In this document: one piece after another, positions 10,501 through 24,700 of the stretch
How positions within the stretch are numbered: the stretch's first letter is position 1
Layout of the letters: each line of letters starts with the position of its first letter
From: Leptogorgia sarmentosa
Taxonomy: Eukaryota
Direction of reading: 5' to 3'
DNA: 64,000 bases
Assembly: GCA_964658305.1 (NCBI GenBank)
Contig: OZ210884.1
Span: 7,130,001 to 7,194,000 of the forward strand
Made by a program: the position numbers and the translations under genes
The notes under the pieces: generated by a model
The model's input: the letters and a program-made list of their open reading frames with translations, nothing else
Database searches by the model: none
What the model was told of the DNA's origin: nothing

Positions 10501-13500
10501 TATTATTTTATGCATAGATTTGGTACTCTCACCGAGATCTGGGATTGAATTAGGAGGAACAGAAATGTTTATTGGTGGACCTTGTTACGATCGCGAGAAT
10601 CGAATAGTATGTCGATTCAACAAGACTCTCATGACAACTGGAGTGTATGTCAGTCCTGAAATAGCATATTGCGTCACTCCTCCTCTGTATGTTGTCGGTC
10701 TTATCCTGGTCGAGCTCTCATTGGATGATGGGAAAACTTATAACTACACTGGCACTTTTAGATCAAGTAAGCTAATTTTTATCATTTCCAGCCATATACT
10801 CAAAATTTCTGCAAAATTTCTACCTAACGGAGAAATTTTGTCGTGAAATGAAATCATCTGAAAGTTTATTTTTAATCCTTCTTACCCATTATGAGGTGAA
10901 ACCAGTAATATTCACAATTGATTTTGAGACGTGTTCTCTGATTTGAAATATTTACTTTTCATGATCAATTAGCCTCCTGCATGTTATTAATATCATTGTT
11001 TGTCTGAACTATAGTGGTGATTCAACTCTGCTAACTGTGTCTTCCTTCTCTTCCCTACTCCTTGTGCCACCATTCTTTAGCTTCTTTCCATCTGTCTGTC
11101 TGTTTGAGTGCCAAAATGTTTGTTCCAGCTTCGAGAGTGTAATAAATCGCTTCAAATTTTAGTCCCCTTAGGCAGAAATACTGCAGATGTCAAAGGAATG
11201 GAAGTGGAACATTGGGCAAACTCGACTAAGACAGTCTTAACCTGGGATCAAAACCTAATCAATGCATCTCACGTTGATATTCAAATGTCTCTGTTTGACT
11301 CTTTTGAATTCCGGATTCATAAAGCTAGTTTAGCCAGCTTTGAACATGTTCCTAATTCTGGCAAATATCATCTCGATTTTAGCGAGCAAAACATTTTACC
11401 AAAGTAAGTAAACTCATCAATAAATCATGAAGAAAAGACGAAGGATCACTACCATGTCGATGTTTTTAATATCTGATAAAATATCATGTTAATAATTTAC
11501 ACACTTTATAGCTACACTTTATAATTTCTAGGCTTGTACAGACTATTTATGATTGCCATGTTGTGCTTGTTAACTATTGTAATTAATAAATAACTTTTCA
11601 CCGGTTGAGTTTCAAGCCCTTGCAAGGCATCTCCCTGATATTTCAATCAAGCCTAAGTTAATTCTTTAACGATAGTCCGATCGTTCTTAAAAGATCATTA
11701 AAAAACATGATGTTGCAATAGAAATGGAAAAAAACACGGCAACTATGCGTAGCATGTTTATTTTTTTCGTTGTCAAAAAGAAAAAAAATGAAATAAATCG
11801 TTTAATTTTAAGCCAATTTTGTGTGCGATTCAATGCACTGTTGGTCTTGTTTTAAATAGCATTTAAAATATTTTTTCGTTACAGGAGAAAACCAAAGAAG
11901 TCTAATACTGAATCAGCAATTGCCATTGTTAGCGTGAAACCATCGGTAGATGAAATGAATAAAGATTTTCAATCATTTCACATCAATTCGACTTTGGAAC
12001 TTTATAGTGCAGGTTTTATTGTTCCGTGGCTGGTTCTGACTAACATATTGTGTGAAGGCTGGTGGGCGTTTGAAAACATGGAGAAAATTGCAAAATTGAA
12101 CGGTAAGAAATAACATATAGCATTGAATAGAATATAATAGAATTGAATTGAATTGAATTGATTTTAATGGAATGGAATGGAATCGACAGGATGATGGGGC
12201 GGTTTGGAATATTTGATTAAAATACAAAACTACAGACTGTATATACTTCCGAATAGCATTTTTAATTATTGAATTGACATTTCGACTATATTTTAGTTAT
12301 CATGGGGAAAAATTTATATATATTTTTGCAAAATCTTCCCAATCACAGTTTGGAGATTAGTGGAGGGTAACCATTCATCTACTAACTGCTTTTTTTTATC
12401 AAAATATTATAAGTTGTTATCAAATGCATTTTTTTTGTCATCGTAGATGAGTTGCCTCCATGTGCAACAAGTTTCCAACAAATATCAGCAGATGATGAAT
12501 TTGTGAAAGATTCCGGAGTTAAACGACTTTTGAACCAATTTCATCACTCCGAAAGTACCTCCTGTTTTCGATCAAGAAGTCCGAGGTGAAATATATTTGA
12601 AAAAATAAACAAAGAAATCTACGACTCCTCTCTCTTTTATCCAGCGTAGAGGCATGTATACAAGCTAGCTTCTGCACGCTGTAACGAAATATCTGTTAAT
12701 CAATCACAGATCTTTAAATTAAATAGATTTGCATAATGTGAAAAAAAACTTTTGGGATACCTGAAGTACTCTGCTGTAATAAAGGTGTTTTAGAATTTAA
12801 AGAAATGCTCAATAAAACAACTGCCACCCACGCATCCAAATGATCACCTCCATGATATCAAAAACACTCTTCAACATGCTTTCTGATTTTCATAACAAAA
12901 TGCCATAACCACCCTGTCTGTTCATTCAGTGCGTCGGGTGCTGGTCAACAGTGTTGTTATGATGGTGATTCACTGGTAGTAGGACCTCCTGGTGGTGGTA
13001 CAATAAATGTCGTATCTCCTGATAAAAGTTTCTGGGGTCACATGGGTCATGATGTATTGCCTTGGTATGCTTGTTGTAAATTGACTGATAGCTGTGGTAG
13101 ATATTATGAAAGACGACCATCAGATCGTGGTTTGCGGTATGATCCTCCGAAAGTTGGTAAGTTTTTTTTTGTTTCCGATGGATGCTTCCATTTTAGAAAG
13201 AAGGCTGCATTTAATTTTTTACATTTTAAATTTGGTCGAGCTTGTAAACTCAATGTAGCCAGATTTGCGATAACGTAATATTTAAATATATGCAAATATA
13301 ACCAGTTCTCAAAAATTTAATCAAACACAAAACAATAGACACTCCATTGAAAACATTTTAATTATTTACGTTTCGAATAGTGCGCGTGCGCATCCAAGGA
13401 ACTGACAATTTTCCGTTACTCAATTTTATATGAAGTTATCTAACTTTAAACGTTAACATGATTACTTAAAAATAGTTGGCCTTTTTATTAAAGGAAGACT

Positions 13501-16500
13501 AAAACTTATACTCAAAACGTAGAGAATTAAAATGCTTTTGTTTTATAAACATTAAAATGTGAATTTTTAGAGAGTCTATTGTCTTGTGTTTTGTTAAAAT
13601 TATCAGTTCTCACTTCGTGGAAATCTAGAGTGAGTAATCAAATCGCAAACCTACAGAGAGTTTCTTTAAAAAATGAGCTAGGAAATATAATATCAGCGAT
13701 ATTGCTAAAATTCTAAATGTTCATAGTTGTATTCACCAAAGCGTTTTTCCTGATAACTTTATAAATTAAACCGAAACAAAATATATCAAATAAAAATCAT
13801 TCCTTTGTAGCTGACACAAAAGGGGATCCGCACTTTTCTACATTTGATGGCACATTTTACACATTCAATGGTTATGGAGAATATATTCTTTTAAATCTGA
13901 ATGATGGCGCAGATTTGGAGTTTCAAGGGAGGATGATTCCTTTATTCGATGATGAAGGACGCCGCACAAATGCGACCGCACTCACAGCATTAGTTATGAG
14001 AGCAGCAGGGAGTGATATTGTACAGGTGCTTGATGGGCTGATATATAATATAGGGTGATAAATTAAATTTATTGTAGATTAAAATTTTACCCATGTTTCG
14101 ATGTGCCGAACCTAATGCAAATTAGCTCAAACGAAGAACTTAGCTCATTAACATTAGATTCTGCACATGGAAAGTTTGACGTCTGGATCTAGGCATGACA
14201 TTAAGATGTGAATTCGCAATATTAATCCCATTTACTCTACCAAAGATAATGGAGTTTAACAACTAATGTTATTACAAGACTGACTTCATGCACATTGCGA
14301 TAGATGCAGAGCAAAACAGGAAAAAACCTTGGCGGTGCAATGTATATAATGGCAATTTCTGAAGCGAACAGCGATATTGTACCACCTACTTTATATAAAT
14401 GGTGATTCCGCGAGCATTCTTGTCAGTGAAAAATATACACACTCAAGTTATTACCCAGGTTTAGATTTGACTTCCACCACCGCTACCTTTCACTGGCCTA
14501 TTGCGCATGTGATTGGTTAATCAGATAGACGTAACGGATCCGATTGGTTTATGTTCCCCTAATGGTTTCGGTAGTAGCAATGGAAGTGAAATCTTGATCT
14601 GAGTCTCGCTATATATTAATAATTATAACGATGCTTTTTTTGAAGGTTGAATTCAATAGACGCCGAAAGATAGATGTTTGGGTTAATCGTGAACGAGTTG
14701 AATTTGATGAACAAACAAGATTAGACTTCACTGGAGTTTTTGCTGCTAGACAAAATCAATCGAAAATTGTCATTTACTTCAATTCAGGAGTTTCAATTGC
14801 TATTAAGGCGATAGAAGACTTTCTCACTTACCAGATTTCAATCCCAACCAAATTCAAAGGTTTGTTTTAGTTGTTTTTGGAAGGTTTTCAATAGATATGA
14901 AAAACATATTTGCATTAGTAATTATACTCATATTTTGTGCAGTAACGAACGCGCACGGAATGCAATATAAGTCTACTGACTAGCTGCCCATTCTCAGCGC
15001 TGATTGGCTAAAATACGAACACGATGCCAGCTGTCAAGACATTTTCAGAACGAGTCGACAGAATCAATCGTTACATTTTTTATGAATTTTAGGGAAAACT
15101 GCTGGTCTCCTTGGATTTTGGGATGATAGCAAGACTCAAGAATTTCTGTTACCAAACGGGAGCTTTATTCCAACGAACTCAAGTTATCGAACTCTTCACA
15201 AAGAATTTGGTCAGAAATGTAAGCGCTTTGTTAGAGAACAAAAATTCGAATGTCTCATATTCCTGCATTTATAACCATTCTGTTATAATGAACTAGTAGA
15301 ACTAGTTTCGTTCATTGGTTTGAGGTAATAATGAAAACTGTTTCTCGCCTAACTTGGCACCACTATATTTATATGTTTTCTATTTTTGCTATTCTTTAGT
15401 CCACTGTGGTTTAAGTGGTAGAAAAGATCATAATTATTGAAGATTAAATCCAAATGAATCTATCTGACGTTCATATTCTGTCTAATTTAGGGATTGTTGA
15501 AAGAAACAAAACGTTGTTTACATACCGAAATGGGGAGGATTACGACAGTTTTCGCGACCTCGACTTTACGCCAGTTTTTTTGGATGACACTAGTTCTCTT
15601 TTTTCCAATTCCACTCTCGAGCAAGAAGCAAAAAATATTTGTGGTGAAAATGAGGAATGTTTATTCGATATTGCTATGACTGGAAAAACAAGTATTGGTG
15701 AGGCAACTTTGGAGTTGGTCAATGAACTTGAAGAGAAAACAAATAACTCCAAAATCGGTAAGGAGCGTTAAGATTACCATTTCAAGGATTTGTTTTGGCT
15801 TTAATTTGGAGCAACATATTGTACACTAAATGGAGTGACATTATGTAATTATAACAATTATTTGTACTACTTTCGTAATAATATATTTGCAGTTGCCGAA
15901 CCGATTGTTTTCGGTTGTGATGGCATCCGGGACAGCCTCAAGAAAACAGATTTTTGTGGTGTTTGTGGAGGTGATAATTCAACATGTACAAATTGCGAAG
16001 GAAATGTTAAACCTGGTTTTGTTCCAACATGCGGTAATTATAGCAATAAAGGCAATTTGATAATCTAGAGTTTTTTAATTTGTTTGACCCCTGGATGTAA
16101 CATGCAGGGAGCGCGCAGGAATTTTGTGGGCGAAGCGCCAGCCTCTATTGGGCAAGGGCGCTATGGACCCTATGGGTAAAAAAATAAATCTTAACTCTGC
16201 ATGCTTTTGCAAACTAGAAAATGCAATCAAATTCATCAGCTACCATGGGGATATGCCCCACCCTTCTGCCCCATGGTCGCTATGTCACTGAATGGAATGA
16301 TTTCAGTGAACCAAATTACTAAGTTTTGATTCTGTATTTTTTGTCTCAAACTTTACTGACCAAGCTTCCGTTTCCACCTTCGCACCGTACACCACTTGAT
16401 ATATATATCACCCTACACGAATATATTGCATACTTTGCCGGATAATCATATATTATTTGCAAATTTCTCAACAGCTTTCTATTATCTGTGGAGTGAATGG

Positions 16501-17940
16501 AGTGCTTGCTTTCAGGCAGGTGATTTTGGTAGAAAAACAAGAAATCGGACGTGTTCGGAAAAAGGCAAATGTGAGAATTTAGGAGAAAATGTTCAATATG
16601 AGAAATGCTTGTGTGTCAATTGCGATGATGATAAAGGTACTCAAGGTAAGTTCTAACTACCATAAACGAAGTCTTTCATCGTGTGACTATATTACTCTCA
16701 TGAAATATGAAAATATAGAGGTCATCATAATTATTATTAATTGAGTATAATTTATAGTCTTGCATGCAGCGATAGTTTTCTTCTTTGTTTTCGCCTTTTC
16801 GAAAGCCTTAAGTGTTCGCCATTTTTTTGAGATCAGTTCGGTAGGCTTATAGCACCTAAATCTAGACATATTATTTTCTCGCATGAACATGGTTCATTGG
16901 CGTAGCCAGAACGATAATTGGGTAGGCCCATATACTCATATATTCAGTTCTGCGTTATTGATTTCCCTCGAAATAAATCGTTTTTGTGTACGTATGTGAA
17001 CGCGAATATACAAATGAATATGCCATTGAATGCGCCCCCCCCCCCCCCCCCACCCCCCAAATTGTTGTTGTGTCCTGGCTACGCCACGGATGTTGTTATG
17101 CTGAAACATTGAATGCATCGTATTGTGAAAAGTTTTCCAGAGATGAGATAAATATTACACAATTTAGATAAAATAATATGTAACTATATGTGCGTAAATT
17201 TCTCAACAGCTTTCTATTATACGTGGAGTGAATGGGGTAATTGCTATCATGCAGGCGATGATGAAATAAGAGCCAGAAATCGGATCTGCTCGGAAAGGGG
17301 ACAATGTGACAAGTTAGGGGAAAGTGTTCAGTATGAGAATTGCACAATTATCATTTGCGGCCCCGGTGGTGGTGGTGGTGGTAGGTTCTATTTTCTAGAC
17401 CAATTCTGTGATTATACATCACAACCTTACTTAGAATATCAAAAGATAAGAGTTATCATATGAAATATAGGAAAAAATAACATACAGTTTAAAACTGTTA
17501 GTAATCTTCTTACATATTTCTCCTAAATTCTTCTTACGTTCATCTTTTCAAATGAACTTAATTGAATCATTGATTTCAAGGGACACTAGTCGGATAGAAT
17601 CCGAATACATGAAATCACATTTCATTTTGTTGTATGATTTCTCCTACATAATGCAAAAATGTATTTGTAAAAATGCAATGTTCTCCCGGAAAAAAAGGAA
17701 GATCTCAACTGACAGACATACATCGAAAACTCGACAATATACATTGATAGAAATCACTCTTTTATAGAATCCTCACGCTTCACGTTTTATCTTCTTTCCA
17801 TTGGACTGCCTCTCTCTGTGTTATTTGTGGTTGCTGTTATCGTAGTATGGTGCTGCCGGCAAAGGAAGACGCAATATGATATCGATCGCGAGAGCAAGCA
17901 TCAGGCTACAACCTATAAAAACGACGCGTATATGTTGTAA
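7508..17940 (+). CDS. SUSD2/Mesh/MUC4-like type I membrane protein, paralog 1 (SP-NIDO-IPT/TIG-AMOP-vWD-ADAMTS-CR-like-2xTSP1-like-TM), ~17 exons
   Basis: GT-AG exons start at about 7508, 8796, 9528, 9844, 10518, 11162, 11886, 12447, 12930, 13811, 14647, 15093, 15491, 15892, 16474, 17209 and 17768. Motifs: [19 protein letters not shown] and NTFQ (NIDO); SPRSG..GGT...GPC (IPT); GAGQQCCY...YYERRP (AMOP); [10 protein letters not shown] (vWD); CDG...[13 protein letters not shown]; WSEWxxC...RNRxC; TM; stop at 17938-17940. Confidence 0.9.
12121..12183. repeat. (ATTGA)n/(ATGGA)n microsatellite, intronic
   Basis: Direct pentanucleotide repeats. Confidence 0.85.
13325..13590. mobile_element. Small inverted-repeat element (MITE-like), intronic
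   Basis: AACACAAAACAATAGACACT at the left pairs with AGAGTCTATTGTCTTGTGTT at the right. Confidence 0.55.
16895..17089. mobile_element. MITE-like element with TGGCGTAGCCAG termini
   Basis: CATTGGCGTAGCCAG ... CTGGCTACGCCACG inverted termini and an internal poly-C run. No clean TSD. Confidence 0.6.
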
Positions 17941-18771
17941 AATAAGCTTTTTATATTATAATATCAATGGGTTCTTTCAGTGGGACTCATTTACAGTAAA
18001 GTACCTCGAACTAGCATTAGCCAAAGTAAATAAAAAGGGATCGGTATACTGATTTTCCGAAATTTCCAAAATTGCACGGTGTTTATTGTAAGTGAAATAA
18101 GTGGTCTAACATATCATAACAACTTCTGTAACGAAGATGTCTCAAAAAGTAAACTGTGTATGCATTTGTATAGTTTACAAAAAAGTAATTGATAATAAAC
18201 AATAGTAATAAAAGATCATTTTTTTACAATCTGATTTCAATTATCCCAATTAATACTTCAGGGAGGAGGGATGTATCAAGAACGTTTTAGCTTCATAAAC
18301 AGTTGTCATAAATGTACGAAAAATATCAAACAAATCTATGGACCACAGATTACAAGAAAACTAAACTTTTCTGCCCAAACATAACAAGTATGCATAGAAC
18401 TAGCTATATATAACTAGCCTTACAAGACAATTAAATAGGAATGTTTTTAATTTTTTACCTATATACTTCGTTCTGACTGAGCGCTTTTAATGTATCTGGC
18501 CATCTTGCATTTGGAATTTGGGACAATGTTTTATATGAGTAGCTATCTGAGCTATGTGTAATTATAATGATGGTATATTTTCTAGATTTCTAGTCCCGCA
18601 ATTTTCTAATTTTCGACCTAAAACCAACTAGTCCTTGTAATTATTCTTTCAGGACAAAGTTATATGAAAACGACCGGCCACTTGTTTTAGTTACTGAAGT
18701 GTCGGTGATTATTAATCAGAATGCAGAAAAGCTATTTCTGAAATTACACCAATAGGCAATACCAAGGTTCT

Positions 18772-21700
18772 TCAAACACCAGCAGCACCTTCCAATGCTT
18801 GATACATGGTGTTCATGTGAGTGCTGGTATGAGGCTCGCTTGCAATCTCATACTTCTTCTTTTTCTTGCAGAGGAAGCAGTATAACAATAAAATAGCCAT
18901 AATAAACAGAAATAGAACAATAACAGGAACTCCAACAACGAGAAGATGAAACTCCAATTTTTTTCTTTCATCTAAGAGAAAAAAGTCAAAGCCTTTTTAA
19001 TATTATAATGTTAACATATAAAATCTACTTAGATTTAAAGTGTAAACTATATAAAACATGCGGGGTATATTGCAAACACCGATTGTAGTCAAACATTCGC
19101 AAATTTAATATTCCCATACAAAACACTGCAACATTGAAAAAAAGTCAGTTTTCTTGTTCTTACAAGGCAATGCCTTATAAGTTAATAAATATGCTTATTA
19201 AATCTTTCCCTATAATAGCGAATGATTTCTCGACCCTATTTACTCTGGTAGACAATTTTGTGGGTCAAATTTTAATCACGATGTATTTTCTATTGGAAAC
19301 AAATTTTGTTTTCTCGGCAATTTCACAAATGAATTGGGATTATTGTTGTAAAGTTTGTAGTTTACAGCACGAAATTTTATTATTGCAAAGCTTTCGATCC
19401 GTAAACCCGAATCTTCATCGGTGCTAACAATATCTGAAATGGGGTTGCAAAAAGGTTGTCGTTTCAAAAAAAGTTAGTTGAAATTAACTCCTAACATGCA
19501 TTGTTATTTTTTATCATATTGTCAATCGGTATAATTCATAATCATGGACCAGTTATTCAGAATATATTCTTAATAATTTATACTCACCATCATCATCATT
19601 GTCTTCATCACTATCTTCATCATTATCCATGATGCACTGCTCATACTGCACGTTTTCTCCAAGATGACGACATTGGCCTTCAGCAGAACAAGATCGATTT
19701 CTTGCTCTTCTTTCTACATTTCCTTTGTTAAAGCAAGCACTCCACTCGGTCCACGAATAATAGAAACCTATTTGGAAAGTGGCGAAAAAGTAAATACAAT
19801 AATATAAATAAATACTAGTACTACCGAAACGAGTCCTCCACACCAGAATGTCCACTAAACTTACCTTGGCAATCCATGCCATCTCCCCTGTATCCAGGAT
19901 TACAAGAGCAAGAATATGAACCGTCATTATTGTTGCATGTAGCCTCGTTATGGCATTTGTGAATGCCGTCCGTACATTCATCAACATCTGCACAAAAAAA
20001 AACAATTCATTTCATGACACACAAAACTTTCCCGAGGCGCTAGGACTAAGATCAGCAGGCTCTCCATTTCCTTAAAATGAATTAAAACTCTTGATTTTCC
20101 AATGATTTTAGAGTAAAATTATACTATCTGTACTAACCTTGACAAAATGTCCCATTTCCTGTGTAACCAGTATTACAAGTGCAGAAAAATGAACCTTCCG
20201 TATCTTCACATGTAGCACTAACATGGCAATTATGGCTGTTCTCAGAACATTCATCAACATCTAGAAAGTTTTGAATGGATTCATTAGCACAGACCATTGG
20301 TAGAACGTCACTTGTACATAATGTAGTATGTTTTACAAAAACTCTATTTTCATTAATTTAACAGCGATTTCCCCGCATATATTATAATTACTGAGCCATT
20401 TTCGTATCATACTGAATGTATTTCAATAGTCAATATAGTACCATACGTTTTTGGTGAATCATGTCATTTAAAAGCTGGTTTCATTTCAGTGTTATATTTT
20501 GCGAGGTGTTCTTTACAGACCGAAAATTTCAAGCTAGTATGTCCACTACTTCGAACATACTTTGACAATCTCTGCCATTTCCTGTGTATCCAGAATTACA
20601 AGAGCACGAATATGAACCGTCATTATTGCTGCATGTCGCATTGGCGTGGCAGTTGTTAATGTCGTCAATACATTCATTAATATCTGGAAAAAAATTAAAA
20701 TTTTATTAGTGACACACAAATCTATCCAATATTAATTAAAATGAATTAAGCTTTTACATAATAACTTGCTAGATTTTTACAAGAATTTCACAGTAGATAA
20801 ATACATTATGTACACTAACCATGACAGTACGTCTCATTTCCTGTGTAACCAATAATGCAAGTACAGGAAAATGTACCCTCCATATCAGTACATGCAGCGT
20901 TCACATGACAATTGTGGCTGTTCTCGGAACATTCATCAATATCTAAAAAGTTGATTCGATTGCATTTATTTGCATAATGCATTCATAGAACGTCACTTGT
21001 GCATGGAATAATATTCTTTATAACATTTAACTTGAACAACTGTTTCCAACCAATGTATCCACTACTTCGAACATACTTTGACAATCTGTGCCATTTCCTG
21101 TGTATCCAAGGTTACAAGAGCACGAATATGAACCGTCACTATTGTTGCATGTGGCATCAACATGGCAGTTGTTTAGGTCGTCCTTACATTCATTAATATC
21201 TAGAAAATATGAAGGAAAACGGAGGTGAAGTGTAAAAAATTTCTTGTGCATACCTGAAACTAGCTCAAAAACTAGCTAGAATTATTCAAGATTTTTACGT
21301 TATAAATACTTTACCTACACTAACCTTGACAATACGTTCCATTTCCTGTGTAACCAATCGTGCAAGTACAGAAAAATGAGCCCTCCATATCAGTACATGC
21401 GGCGTTTACATGACAATTGTGGCTGTTCTCAGAACATTCATCAATATCTACAAAGTTGATTTGATCGTATTTATTAGCACAACATAATTATTCTTTGAGT
21501 ACCACATTTTCGTATCATGCTGTATTTATTTCACTAGTCAATATAGTACCATAAGTTTTTTGGTGAATCATGTCATTTAAAAGCTGGTTTCATTTTAGTG
21601 TTATATTTTGCGACGTGTTATTTACATATGGAAAATTTCAAAGCTAGTTTGTCCACTACTTCGAACATACTTTGACAATCTCTGCCATTTCCTGTGTATC

Positions 21701-24700
21701 CAGAATTACAAGAGCACGAATATGAACCGTCATTATTGCTGCATGTTGCATTGTGGTGGCAATTGTCTTCTTCGTCCTTACATTCATTAATATCTGAAAA
21801 AAAATTTAATTTCTATTAGTGACACACAAATCTATCCAATATTAATTAAAATGAATTAAGCTCTTACATAACTTGCTAGATTTTTACAAGAATTTCACAG
21901 TAGATAAATACATTATGTACACTAACCTTGACAGTACGTCTCATTTCCTGTGTAACCAATAATGCAAGTACAGGAAAATGTACCCTTTGTATCAGTACAT
22001 GCAGCGTTCACATGACAATTATGGCTGTTCTCAGAACATTCATCAATATCTACAAAGTTTATTTGATTGCATTTATTTGCATAATGCATTCATAGAACGT
22101 TACTTTCCAACTAATGTATCCACTACTTCGAACATACTTTGACAATCTGTGCCATTTCCTGTGTATCCAAGGTTACAAGAGCACGAATATGAACCATCAC
22201 TATTGTTACATGTGGCATCGACATGGCAGTTGTTTATGTCGTCCTTACATTCATTAATATCTAGAAAATATGAAGGAAAACGGAGGTGAAGTGTAAAAAA
22301 TCTCTTGTGCTTACCTGAAACTAGCTCTAAAACTAGCTAGAACTGTTCAAGATTTTTACGTAATAAATACTTTACCTACACTAACCTTGACAATACGTTC
22401 CATTTCCTGTGTAACCAATCGTGCAAGTACAGAAAAATGAGCCCTCCATATCGGTGCATGCAGCGTTCACATGACAATTGTGGCTGTTCTCAGAACATTC
22501 ATCAATATCTACAAAGTTGATTCGATCGTATTTATTAGCACAACATAATTATCCTTTGAGTATCACATTTTCGTATCATACTGTATTTATTTCACTAGTC
22601 AATATAGTACCATAAGTTTTTTGGTGAATCATGTCATTTAAAAGCTGGTTTCATTTTAGTGTTATATTTTGCGACGTGTTATTTACAGATGGAAAATTTC
22701 AAGCTAGTTTGTCCACTACTTCGAACATACTTTGACAATCTCTGCCATTTCCTGTGTATCCAGAATTACAAGTGCACGAATATGAACCGTCATTATTGCT
22801 GCATGTCGCATTGTCGTGGCAATTGTCTTCTTCGTCCATACATTCATTAATATCTGAAAAAAAAATTTAATTTCTATTAGTGACACACAAATCTATCCAA
22901 TATTAATTAAAATGAATTAAGCTTTTACATAACTTGCTAGATTTTTACAAGAATTTCACAGTAGATAAATACATTATGTACACTAACCTTGACAGTGCGT
23001 CTCATTTCCTGTGTAACCAATAATGCAAGTACAGAAAAATGCACCCTTTGTATCAGCACATGCAGCGTTCACATGACAATTATGGCTGTTCTCAGAACAT
23101 TCATCAATATCTAAAAAGTTGATTCGATTGGATGTATTTGCATAATGCATTCATAGAACGTTACTTTCCAACTAATGTATCCACTACTTCGAACATACTT
23201 TGACAATTTGTGCCATTTCCTGTGTATCCAAGGTTACAAGAGCACGAATATGAACCATCACTATTGTTGCATGTGGCATCGACATGACAGTTGTTTAGGT
23301 CGTCCTTACATTCATTAATATCTAGAAAACATGAAGGAAAACGGAGGTTGAGTGTAAAATATCTTTCAAACTTACCTTAAACTAGCTAGAATTGTTGAAG
23401 ATTTTTACGTTATAAATACTTTATCTTCACAAACCGTGACAATATGTCCCATTTCCTGTGTAACCACTAGTGCAAGTACAGAAAAATGAACCCTCCATAT
23501 CAGTGCATGCAGCGTTCACATGACAATTGTGGCTGTTCTCGGAACATTCATCAATATCTACAAAGTTTATTTGATTGGATTTAGTGGCAACAATTACTAT
23601 TCCTAGAAAGTCACATGTTCATGCAATATTGTTTATTATAACATATAACTTAAACAAGTGGTTTCAACTAGCTAATACTGTATATGTCTAATATTTCGAA
23701 CGTACTTTCACAATTTGTACCATTTCCCTCGTATCCAGGGTTACAAGAACAATAATATGAACCATCACTATTGTTACATGTGGCATCGACATGGCAGTTG
23801 TTTTTGCCATCCGTACATTCATTAATATCTAGAAAACATGAAGGACAACGGAGGTGAAGTGCAAAATATCTTTCCAGCTGACCTTGAAAGTTAGATCCTA
23901 GATTTTTACAGCAGTTCTACAGTGTGGCTATGCAGATACATTGTCCATACTAACCTTGACAGTACGTCCCATTTCCTGTGTAACCAATAATGCAAGTGCA
24001 GAAAAATGAACCCTCGGTATCAGTACACTTAGCGTTTACATGACAATTGTGGCTGTTCTCAGAACATTCATCAATATCTATACAAAGGTCATTTGATCGC
24101 ATTTATTAGCACAACATAATTATATATCTTTTGAGTATCACATAATTAGGTTTAATTAAGTTGGCCGGTTTCACTTTTTCAAAATTGAAGTTATAATGCA
24201 GAATGTTTTTGATAGGCGTAGCGTGCATACTGGAAGTATAGCAAAAATTTCAAACTATGCTAGATCCCGGGACGAGTGTGCCTACAACTTTAAGCATACC
24301 TTGACAATAGGTGCCATTTCCAGTGTATCCAGTCTTACAAAGACAAGAAAATGATCCATTATTATTGCTGCAGCTAGCATTGTGATGACAGTCGTCCAAG
24401 TTATGCATACATTCATCAATATCTAGACGAAACCAGTCAATAAATTTACCAATTCGTAACACGCCTGTCTCATGTAATTAAAGTTAAACAAATGCTCGAG
24501 ATCGGTATACAACCAACATTTTTGTTATGATTATTAATTATTATTGTTATCTCGTTTTGATATAAAAATACAGGTTTTAAAAAGCAGTTTTCATTTCACT
24601 CAACGAATGTCCCGATCTCCTGCAACCTAAAAAATTGTCTGAGGAATGAGGATCGATCCCCCTTAATTTCCACAGAAGCAATTATTAGAACCCTACCTTG

